A DNA stretch of 37,510 nt, from NCBI GenBank assembly GCA_900128395.1, contig LT649325.1:1-37510 (forward strand). The letters run 5' to 3'. This stretch comes from Stramenopiles sp. TOSAG23-2 (Eukaryota). The notes below the pieces were generated by a model. It ran no database searches, was not told the origin of the DNA, and saw nothing but the letters and a program-made list of their open reading frames with translations. Of the stretch, positions 22,736 to 31,449 are shown one piece after another. Numbering within the stretch: position 1 is the first letter of the stretch; every line of letters begins with the position of its first letter. Made by a program: the position numbers and the translations under genes.

Positions 22736-23176
22736 TATTTGCAATCTAAATCAACAACTTGAAGAACACAAAATATAAATAATTTGGTCTCAAAATTACA
22801 AAAATACAGGCAAATAGCATCAAGAGCTTTTAAGTCCAACATACTTATAATCCATCCACTCTTTATAATGTTATTTCTATGCTATAAAATATAAAAAGTT
22901 GCGAAAACACAAAAAAGATATCCTATTCGATTTTCTTTTGAAATTACTGTGCTGCTAGAGCTAAATCAATGCTATTTTTCTAATCAATAGATACCCCTTC
23001 TAGAACAAACACCCTTTACATATCGATAGAGAGTGATGTACATACATATAGAAATGATATATAGAAGTAACAAGTAAAATAAACAACAAAAACAAAGAAC
23101 GTATACAAAAAGAATATTATTATTCAACAAATTCAAACAAACAATTATATATTATATATATTAACAAAAAAACAAT

Positions 23177-24679
23177 ATGGCATCTTTAGCAACAGCAGCA
23201 CAAACATTATCATTTGACGATAAAATTGAAACTCGTCATTTCATCAACAACGAGTTCGTCAACTCCATCAACGGGAAAACATTTACCACCGTAAATCCAG
23301 CAACGGAAGAAGTGATTGCTAACGTACAAGCAGCAGATGCAGATGACGTGGATGTTGCAGTAGCAGCAGCAAATGCAGCATTCAAACTTGGTTCTGAATG
23401 GCGTGAAGCAGATGCAAGTTACCGCAGAGACTGCATGTTAAAACTTGCAGATCAAATTGAGAAAAATCGTGAATACTTGGCAAAACTTGAAAGTATGGAT
23501 AATGGCAAACCCGTACATGTTGCTAATTTCGTCGACATCCATTTGTCCATCCAATGCCTTCGTTACTACGCTGGCTGGGCAGATAAAATCCAAGGTAAAA
23601 CCATCCCAATTGATGGAAAATTCCTTGCATATACACGCCATGAACCTGTTGGAGTATGTGGTCAAATTATCCCTTGGAATTTCCCTATCTTGATGTTGTG
23701 CTGGAAATGGGGACCAGCGTTAGCCACTGGATGTACTGTCGTTATGAAAACCTCAGAAAAAACACCATTAACTGCACTTGCTATTTGTAAATTAGTCGAA
23801 GGCTGTGGTTTCCCAAAAGGTGTTGTAAATGTCCTTAGTGGCCATGGTAAACCAGCTGGTGAACCACTTGCACGTCATATGGACGTTTCCAAAATTGCGT
23901 TTACTGGGTCAACCGCAGTTGGTCATTTGATCCAAAAATTTGCTGCAGAAAGTAACTTGAAACGTGTATCATTAGAATTGGGAGGAAAATCCCCAAACAT
24001 TATCTTTGATGATGCTGATTTAGATCAAGCTATTGCATCTGCACAAGTTGGTTTATTCTTGAATCAAGGACAATGTTGTTGTGCAGGTAGTCGTCTTTTT
24101 GTACAAGATACTATTTACGATAAATTTGTTGCACGTGCTGTAGAGGAAGCAAAAAAAGCAGTGGTAGGATCGCCAAATGACTCAAATACAAGCCAAGGTC
24201 CACAAGTTGATAGCATTCAATTTGACCGCGTCATGTCATACATTGAATCTGGTAAAGCAGACGCATCAGCAGGAAAATGCAGATTACTCACCGGTGGTGC
24301 AAGACATGGAGATAAAGGTTACTTTATTCAACCAACTGTTTTCGCTGATGTTCAAGATGATTGTAAAATTGCACAAGAAGAAATCTTCGGCCCTGTAATG
24401 TCGATTTTGAAATTCAGTACTGTCGAAGAAGTTATTGAACGTGCAAATAATACCAAATATGGGCTAGGTGCCGGTTTATGTACTCGTGATATTGGTAAAG
24501 CACTTCGTGTTGCACATGGTATTCGCTCTGGTACTGTATGGATCAATTGCTACGATAAATTCGATGCAGCAGCTCCATTTGGCGGTTTCAAAGAATCTGG
24601 CCATGGACGTGAACTTGGCGAGTATGGTTTAGAAAACTATACTGAAGTCAAAGTTATCATGATCCCAATTGATAAATAA
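23177..24679 (+). CDS. ALDH: NAD(P)+-dependent aldehyde dehydrogenase, ALDH1/2 family, no transit peptide
   Basis: [50 protein letters not shown]. Confidence 0.97.
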   Translation: MASLATAAQTLSFDDKIETRHFINNEFVNSINGKTFTTVNPATEEVIANVQAADADDVDVAVAAANAAFKLGSEWREADASYRRDCMLKLADQIEKNREYLAKLESMDNGKPVHVANFVDIHLSIQCLRYYAGWADKIQGKTIPIDGKFLAYTRHEPVGVCGQIIPWNFPILMLCWKWGPALATGCTVVMKTSEKTPLTALAICKLVEGCGFPKGVVNVLSGHGKPAGEPLARHMDVSKIAFTGSTAVGHLIQKFAAESNLKRVSLELGGKSPNIIFDDADLDQAIASAQVGLFLNQGQCCCAGSRLFVQDTIYDKFVARAVEEAKKAVVGSPNDSNTSQGPQVDSIQFDRVMSYIESGKADASAGKCRLLTGGARHGDKGYFIQPTVFADVQDDCKIAQEEIFGPVMSILKFSTVEEVIERANNTKYGLGAGLCTRDIGKALRVAHGIRSGTVWINCYDKFDAAAPFGGFKESGHGRELGEYGLENYTEVKVIMIPIDK

Positions 24680-24862
24680 ATGTACTATTTAAAAAATAGT
24701 TATCATATCAGATGTTTGCCAATAAAAAATCAATCGATAATTTTCATGTTTTACATGTTTTTGAAAGAAAGAACAAGTGAATATATCATAAGAGTGTGTG
24801 CGATGCGTGTTAATGTTTATTTTTATTTTTTGCATTTAATTTTTTATAAAATTTAATATATC

Positions 24863-25050
24863 TAACCAGGTAAAAAGCTCAGTTTCATCTCTTGCGCCTT
24901 TGCAACTTTGCCCTTTGCCTTCCTCTCTGGACACCATATAGATCTTCCAGGTCCAAATCTCCGTTTTCCACCCTTTGCCTGGTTTGCCTGTGTGCCGTAC
25001 TCTGGCAAGCGCAGAGTCTTCCCAGCTGAGATTTCCAGCTTGCTGGGTGT
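24863..25050. other. GC-rich CCAG/CCTGG/TTTGCC-enriched intergenic island
   Basis: Repeated CTTTGCC, TTCCAG, CCAGG and CCTGG words against an AT-rich background. Confidence 0.55.
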
Positions 25051-25410
25051 GGTTTGTATGGATACCATTTTTTCTTTGATTTGTAGTTAGCCAGTTATAG
25101 TATCAGTAATAATATATAAATATATAGTCTGCGATAATATAAATAGCGCGTTGTTTTTAAAAACTCCTTAAATTATATTTATAAAATATATTTGATAGGG
25201 TTGGACTCCTGGTATACCAGTATACTCTGTACCTATGAGTACGAATTTGACGAATTTGTTGTGTTCTTAGTCGATCTTACCTTGTCTATCTTCACAGTTT
25301 TATATATATATATCTATGAAATAGGTCACTCTATTCAGTGAATACAAATAGAAAGAATAGAAGAAAAATAATAATATATTATATATACATATACTATTCA
25401 TTCATCCAAC

Positions 25411-26094
25411 ATGTCCAGAGTCTTACTAATCGCAAGAAAGCAAGCGATGGCGAAAGCCAAATTGCATTTAAATAAAACGGCGTCTTTCTTTGGACCGCCA
25501 ACGAAAACATATACACCACGTATGACAAATGTATTGGGAACTGCACAAAAACGTTTAGATTCAGTAGGCGCAGCAGCTGTAGGTAAAAATGATGCGAATG
25601 TTGAAACGTTATTGTGTGCAGCTGGTTGTTTTTGGGGTGTAGAACTTGCATTTCAAAGAGTTCCAGGTGTGATATCAACATCGGTTGGTTATTGTGGTGG
25701 CTCAGTGAAGAACCCAACATACGAAGCAGTATGTTCAGGCCGTACAGGTCATACGGAAGCATGTCAAGTTGTTTTTGATAATACTGTTGTTGAATATTCA
25801 GAACTACTTGATGTTTTATGGGATATTCATGATCCTACTACGTTGAATAGGCAAGGGAATGATATAGGTACACAATATCGTGCTGGTGTATATTATTACA
25901 ACGAGGAACAACATAAAGTATCAATGGAAAGTTTCGAGAAAGAACAAAAAAGTTACAAAGACAAAATAGTCACTGAATTATTACCTGCACCATCTGAATA
26001 TTATATTGCTGAGCCATATCATCAAAAATATTTAGAAATGGGGGGACAATGTTCATTAAAAGGTGATACGACTGCTATTAGATGTTATGGTTAA
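25411..26094 (+). CDS. msrA: Peptide methionine sulfoxide reductase A with probable organellar transit peptide
   Basis: [42 protein letters not shown]-terminal C..KG....IRCYG. Confidence 0.96.
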   Translation: MSRVLLIARKQAMAKAKLHLNKTASFFGPPTKTYTPRMTNVLGTAQKRLDSVGAAAVGKNDANVETLLCAAGCFWGVELAFQRVPGVISTSVGYCGGSVKNPTYEAVCSGRTGHTEACQVVFDNTVVEYSELLDVLWDIHDPTTLNRQGNDIGTQYRAGVYYYNEEQHKVSMESFEKEQKSYKDKIVTELLPAPSEYYIAEPYHQKYLEMGGQCSLKGDTTAIRCYG

Positions 26095-26338
26095 AAATAT
26101 ATAAAAATAATATGTATATGTACCGACGATGAACATAATAGATAATATAATAAAATGCTTTTCAAGAGGGGATATATATACAAGTACTTTGTTTTTCTAA
26201 AATTAGGGTTGAAAATTGTTGCGGCAGCTGCAATATATTCAATATAGTGCGTGTCTTTATTTATTTTATTTTAAAAAATACATTTCATTATTTTTATTAA
26301 GTTTATTTATATATATGTATACATCACTCTCTCTCTCT

Positions 26339-27421
26339 TTATGAATATGGTATTGGATCTGTTTCAACATTTGCATTCATATCAGTAAATAATAATGTAT
26401 CAACAGCTTTAAAAACTTTCCCAGGCTTACCATTTCCAACTTGTTTCCCTTGAATTTCAACGATTGGTACACAATATCCACCACCAAAAAACATTAACTC
26501 ATTTGCATTATATGCATCTTCTTCTTTTAAATCACAAAATTCAAAACCATTGATTACATTTGCATCAAGTAATTCATCTTTTAAATCATATGCACGTTTT
26601 ACACTGGTGCCAGCTAATATACCATCAAATTTAGGTGTTTTTAATATTTTATCTTTAGTAACAATAGCAAAATTGGCAATACTACTTTCTTGTATAATCC
26701 CACGTTGATCAATTGCTATACCTAAATCACCACCCGTTTCTTTTGCTCGTAATGTAAGTAATGCATTCAACATATAATTATTTGATTTTACAGTTGCTAA
26801 TAATTTTGGTTTTAATGGCACGTCTTTAACAAAAACTTCTTTCACACCAGATTCTTTTTGTTTTGCTTTTTTCATATCATAATCATGTACTATACAATAA
26901 AATCGTGCCTTTGTTGTAGTTTTACTAGGAACTATTCCAAAATCGCCACGGCCTGATGTCATCCAATATCTAACAAAAACATCATCTTTTTTTTTCGAAG
27001 CGGCAATTGTATGCAAAATAGTGGATTTTAACCATTCTTTTTCATAATTATGATTTATTTTCGCCAACTCGCATGATTTTAATAATCGATCTAAATGAAA
27101 ATTTAAACCAAACGCTCGGCCATTCATAACGTTGCAGGTATCAAAGACAGCATGTCCCCTGTTATAACCATGATCGTCCAATGGAATTGTGAAAAATGTC
27201 GGATCCGTTATAATAGCACCATCTCCACCTTCAGGGCCTATTGAAGAATCATAAAAGGCTCTCCATTCCTTGCTATTATTTGGCATATTTTGGCGTTTTA
27301 ATGATAAAATTTCATCACTATTTGTAACGATAGATGGTATACCACTACTGCTATAATTCAGTCTTTGTTTACCTTTTTGATGAATCAAAGATAGACGCTG
27401 TATGGATTTTCTCAGTAGCAT
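26339..27421 (-). CDS. Class IV PLP aminotransferase (D-amino-acid transaminase / aminodeoxychorismate lyase-like), probable mitochondrial presequence
   Basis: IPLDDHGYNRGHAVFDT, HLDRL, RYWMTSGRGDF, ATVKSNNYMLNAL (PLP Lys), ILAGT, VGNGKPG. Confidence 0.88.
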   Translation of the reverse strand: MLLRKSIQRLSLIHQKGKQRLNYSSSGIPSIVTNSDEILSLKRQNMPNNSKEWRAFYDSSIGPEGGDGAIITDPTFFTIPLDDHGYNRGHAVFDTCNVMNGRAFGLNFHLDRLLKSCELAKINHNYEKEWLKSTILHTIAASKKKDDVFVRYWMTSGRGDFGIVPSKTTTKARFYCIVHDYDMKKAKQKESGVKEVFVKDVPLKPKLLATVKSNNYMLNALLTLRAKETGGDLGIAIDQRGIIQESSIANFAIVTKDKILKTPKFDGILAGTSVKRAYDLKDELLDANVINGFEFCDLKEEDAYNANELMFFGGGYCVPIVEIQGKQVGNGKPGKVFKAVDTLLFTDMNANVETDPIPYS

Positions 27422-27826
27422 TTTTTATGGTTGTTGTTGTTTATGTTTGTCGGTTGTTGTTTGTCGGTTGTTGTGTGCAACGTTGTTGTTATTACATATT
27501 TTGTTTCTTTTGTGTTGTTGTGTTAATAATAATAATTTATATATAATAGCATATAAATAGCACTATTAATACTTTACATTATAGTTAAATCATTTCTTCA
27601 AATCAATCATCTTCAATGTACCTCTGTTACTATTCATGTGAATTTTATTAGAATTTAAATTATATATGTGCGTTATGATTTAGATTGCGATTGTATGTAT
27701 TATTATTATTACGAGTATATATATATATACATTTTATAATTACCGTAAATTACACCACCTGTAAATTAAAACCAAAAAGGGAGTTGTGCAGTGTTCAGTT
27801 ATATATATATTTTAAAGATTGTTGTT

Positions 27827-28600
27827 TTACCACGTATGGTCGTCACAATGCCAAGATGATTTTGCATCTGCGCCGTCAACTTCGTTATTGAAAAAAAAAG
27901 TCCCAACAAATATTTCTTTTAACCATTTGATTTTTTCATTGTTTTTATTGCAATCTTTTTTTTCTTGCATTTTCATATTATTATTTAGCTCTTCTAAACG
28001 TTCAAGAATATGATCGTTTTGTTGCATGATGGTCACTTGCCGTGTTTTATTTGCTTGATCATTATTATTTGCCTCGATATCTTTTTTTAAATATCCTTTC
28101 TCTGCTTCATTTTGCCTTTGTTCAATTTTATACAATACACCAAGTGTTTCATCCATTTTATCATCCAGATCTAATGTAATTTTTGTTTGTTCTAGTATTT
28201 TTTTATTTTGTTCAATTACTTTCATATCAAATCCCATTTGTATAATTTGAATATCATTAGAAATATGCTTATCAAGATCTTCGTAGCTTGATTTGAAATT
28301 CTTATTGAATGTAGCTCTCCTAAAAAAACTATGGTTGGAATGGTTCTTAATAAGCGTTAAAAATTCATTCATATGCTGGGCTAAATTTTCAAGGGCTTGT
28401 CGCTGATTTTCGTCAATAACTTGTTGAATAAATAACTTTTGCTCTGTCTCTCCATTTGATTTTAGGCAATTTTGCACAATCCTTTGTATACCATCAACGC
28501 GAACTAATGCTTTTGCACAATTTCTTTTATTTCCTGCTGTATCGTCAATAACATCATATATTTCCTTAATTGTTCTTAATACTTTGCTTATAATCTCCAT
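27827..28600 (-). CDS. MLKL N-terminal (four-helix bundle, HeLo-like) domain protein followed by coiled coil, no kinase domain
   Basis: MEIISKVLRTIKEIY..NKRNC..LVRV..ALENL..F..LI..HS..SFFRR..FK..YEDLD..IS matches the MLKL_NTD pattern; a possible terminal intron 27759-27830 would add only WCNLR. Confidence 0.72.
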   Translation of the reverse strand: MEIISKVLRTIKEIYDVIDDTAGNKRNCAKALVRVDGIQRIVQNCLKSNGETEQKLFIQQVIDENQRQALENLAQHMNEFLTLIKNHSNHSFFRRATFNKNFKSSYEDLDKHISNDIQIIQMGFDMKVIEQNKKILEQTKITLDLDDKMDETLGVLYKIEQRQNEAEKGYLKKDIEANNNDQANKTRQVTIMQQNDHILERLEELNNNMKMQEKKDCNKNNEKIKWLKEIFVGTFFFNNEVDGADAKSSWHCDDHTW

Positions 28601-28917
28601 GTTTTAATGATTCTATTATTTTCTTTTTCTCTACAAATATTTCTACTTAACTTTTTTCTATTATATCTAATTTATTGTATGAATACTAATGGAGCATGTA
28701 AAATATCTATATATAATCGATTTTATAATATACAATATATATATCGATGCATATAAATAGTCTATAGACGACGACTACTATTTCGAAGTTAAAGTTAAAA
28801 GTATTATATAACATTAAAATAGACTAGGTACTCTATATCTAAGTCTGGTATATATAATAATAGTCCGGTATATTATAGTCTATAATAATATGGTGGTGGT
28901 CATACGAGCCTGTTTAT

Positions 28918-28999
28918 GGAAGACCTGGAAGACTGGAAGACAGGTCTGCGCTTGCCAGCTTGCTGGCTTGCCAGCTTGCCAGGCTTGCCAGCTTGCCAG
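28918..28999. repeat. Short-unit arrays GGAAGAC x3 and GCTTGC(CA/TG) x6
   Basis: Read directly from sequence; 8-9 bp period. Confidence 0.9.
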
Positions 29000-29184
29000 A
29001 GTAAATTTTATTAAAGTCTGACGACTTTCCAAATCCTTTTTATTTTGTAGCAGCCGCGGATGAAAAACAAACACCAAAAAAAGGTGCTCAACAAGTATAT
29101 ATTTAGTATACCAATTTATGTATATTTAATAGGTAGACATTGAATAATATGCATAAAATCGGATATTCATCATTTCATCATTTC

Positions 29185-29322
29185 AGCATTCTGTGCTTCT
29201 GGCATTCCAGGCATTCCATAGCATTCCACAGCATTTTCCAGGCATTCCAGCATTCTGGCATTCCAGCATTCCAGGCATTCCTGGCCTTAGCTGGCATTCC
29301 AGCATTCGCACATTCCAGCATT
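29185..29322. repeat. GCATTCCA-type short-unit array, about 13 units
   Basis: GCATT recurs at mostly 8-11 bp spacing, usually followed by CCAG, CTGG or CCAGG. Confidence 0.9.
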
Positions 29323-29521
29323 GTTTTTGCCATTATTATGTGCATTATACGACAGTTTGAATGATGAAATATATATATGATTAATATACTATTTATACAT
29401 ATATAAGAAGGAAAAAAACAAGTTACTGTTATTATAGCAACATACGTACATACAAACACACACACATATATATTTATTGCATGTTTATATAAATATATAT
29501 ATATATATTCGTATTACAAAA

Positions 29522-30709
29522 ATGAAATATTACTTATCAACAGCATTATTATTATTACTTTTCATTACTATTTCCTCCGTATCTAGTAATGAATTTAACT
29601 GCGAGCCAGGTTATGGTGTCTTTGGGGAGGCGGCAGAGCCAGCAAATATAATTACCACGGGTCGGTGTCGTCGGTCTATTGACACGGTAGAAGAGTGCAA
29701 AGCACTTGCAGCAAAATATAACGCCAATGGGGTGGATCCGAATAAGGGTTTTATCGAATACGGAGTAGGAACTACTGGTACGTCGGGGTACGATCCGTAC
29801 GGTTGCTTCAAAAAAAAAATGATTTACCCTATTTATGGAGAATTTAAATATACTTTAAACCTTGATACCAATTCATTGGAATATAAAAAATGCACAGAAG
29901 ACGACACCTGTATTTGCCAACCAACAAAATGTAGAAAATGCCCAATTAACACATATAGCAATGGTGGAAAAAATGCAAAGTGCTTAAAATGCCCATACGA
30001 TAATCCTGTGACTAACGGGAAAATTGGTCAAAAAAGTTGCGAACCGCTTGTTTGTAAAAAAAATGAAGGTATTGAAAGAGAGTCGACACGAACATCCGGT
30101 GTTTGTATATCGCCAGCAAGAAATGAAGACGATTGCAATAAAATAGCCAGTAATAATTGGGAAAATGATGCAAAACCTGATATTTATGGTGGGAAATACC
30201 AAGGAGATATATTTCCATATGGTTGCTATACAAATAAGGCGGGTTCATATTCTGATGGTGTACATATTGTATTTAACTCGTACAAACCGGGTAGTCAATG
30301 TGATGCAGATCTTCAGATGTTTGGTCCTGTTACCAAAAATGCTTTTACTTGTTTCTGCAGAATAAACACATGCGGGAAATGCCCAAACGGCTTTACAAGT
30401 GCTGGTGGGCCAAATGCAGAGTGTATCGCCATTAAAAAAGTCGATGATAATAAAAATGCTCAACAAAAACAAAATGTTAAAGTTCAGGAAGACAAGAAAG
30501 AAGATAATAATAATAATAAGGATTTTGCTTTAGAATTTTTACTTGTGTGTACTATTCTCGTCGTTGTTGCATCCGTTGTTTTTTTTGTTGTGTGGCGTCG
30601 ATACAATAAACCCAACAACGTGGAATCTAAGGAATCGTTAAATCATTCAGATGAGTCATTAGGAATTTCAATTAACGATTTATATGCTCCCTTGAACGAA
30701 AAAGCTTAA
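29522..30709 (+). CDS. Cys-rich type I membrane protein with two internal repeats (GCC2/ephrin-receptor-like Cys motifs)
   Basis: Signal peptide MKYYLSTALLLLLFITISSVSS; two copies of C..G.G..T.G.C..C..A..PYGC..C..C.C..C.KCP..S.GG.NA.C; TM segment FLLVCTILVVVASVVFFVVW followed by RR; cytosolic YAPL. Confidence 0.85.
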   Translation: MKYYLSTALLLLLFITISSVSSNEFNCEPGYGVFGEAAEPANIITTGRCRRSIDTVEECKALAAKYNANGVDPNKGFIEYGVGTTGTSGYDPYGCFKKKMIYPIYGEFKYTLNLDTNSLEYKKCTEDDTCICQPTKCRKCPINTYSNGGKNAKCLKCPYDNPVTNGKIGQKSCEPLVCKKNEGIERESTRTSGVCISPARNEDDCNKIASNNWENDAKPDIYGGKYQGDIFPYGCYTNKAGSYSDGVHIVFNSYKPGSQCDADLQMFGPVTKNAFTCFCRINTCGKCPNGFTSAGGPNAECIAIKKVDDNKNAQQKQNVKVQEDKKEDNNNNKDFALEFLLVCTILVVVASVVFFVVWRRYNKPNNVESKESLNHSDESLGISINDLYAPLNEKA

Positions 30710-30996
30710 ATATGCGGGCACATTATATATCATATATATATGTATCATTAAACGCTCTTTTGAAAATAATACATTGATACGCATGACCATATGATATTAT
30801 ATCGCGGTGCCCTGTAAAATATAATATATACTACTGTTATATTTTACGAAGTTCGAAATATTTAAAATCTATACGCGTAAGAGTTATATATAATACATGA
30901 GTAAGAGAAAATTTTTATATAAATGTACGAAGCGTTCGTATATATTTAATGAAATTTTATATCTCTGCACCTCTCTGATAAAAATACAATTTACTA

Positions 30997-31065
30997 GTTT
31001 GCTGGTTTGCCGGTTTGCCCAGCCGGGCCAGGTTGCCAGTTGGGTTGCCAGCTAAAAGGCCAGGT
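30997..31065. repeat. GGTT(T)GCC(A) short-unit array
   Basis: GTTTGCTGGTTTGCCGGTTTGCCCAGCCGGGCCAGGTTGCCAGTTGGGTTGCCAGC. Confidence 0.75.
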
Positions 31066-31243
31066 TTAGGTTTGATGTCAGAGAGAATTCCAGGAATTTC
31101 TTCCATGAATTCTCTTTTTATCTGTGTGCTGTGGTGTGGTAAAATGCCAGCTAAAAGGCCAGGTTTAGGTTTGATGTCAGAGAGAATTCCAGGAATTTCT
31201 TCCATGAATTCTCTTTTTATCTGTGTGCTGTGGTGTGGTAAAA
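31046..31243. repeat. Exact tandem duplication, 2 x 99 bp, upstream of PRP16
   Basis: 31046-31144 identical to 31145-31243. Confidence 0.95.
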
Positions 31244-31449
31244 AAAAATAATCTCACAAATAGATCTATTAATATCCTCCATCATCATCATCACAAAAAT
31301 TAACATAATAATAATTATTGCAGCTATTATTATTTATTTATGTACTCTATATATTTTTTTAATTAATTGCACAATTCAATTTAAAAAAAGTCATATTTTG
31401 TGTACAAACAAAAAGAAAGGAGAGACAACACAAGTGTACATATAAAACA

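Noticed and set aside
29185..29322. GCATTCCA as TEA/M-CAT binding sites or as telomeric repeats
   Set aside because: Sister arrays do not keep CATTCC, the location is internal, and the unit matches no telomere repeat I recognise
28950..31020. Possible terminal inverted repeats around the Cys-rich gene (array plus AGTAAATT[T/G]TATT near 29000 and inverted near 30985-30997)
   Set aside because: Match is only about 13 bp of AT-rich sequence, array units differ, and no target-site duplication or transposase was found
22407..31251. Short ORFs over the CCAG islands (WKARKAWKA, WQAWQA, AWNAGMPEC, MEEIPG...)
   Set aside because: Stop-poor because of GC-rich short repeats; unit lengths of 8-10 bp do not preserve frame and ORFs appear on both strands
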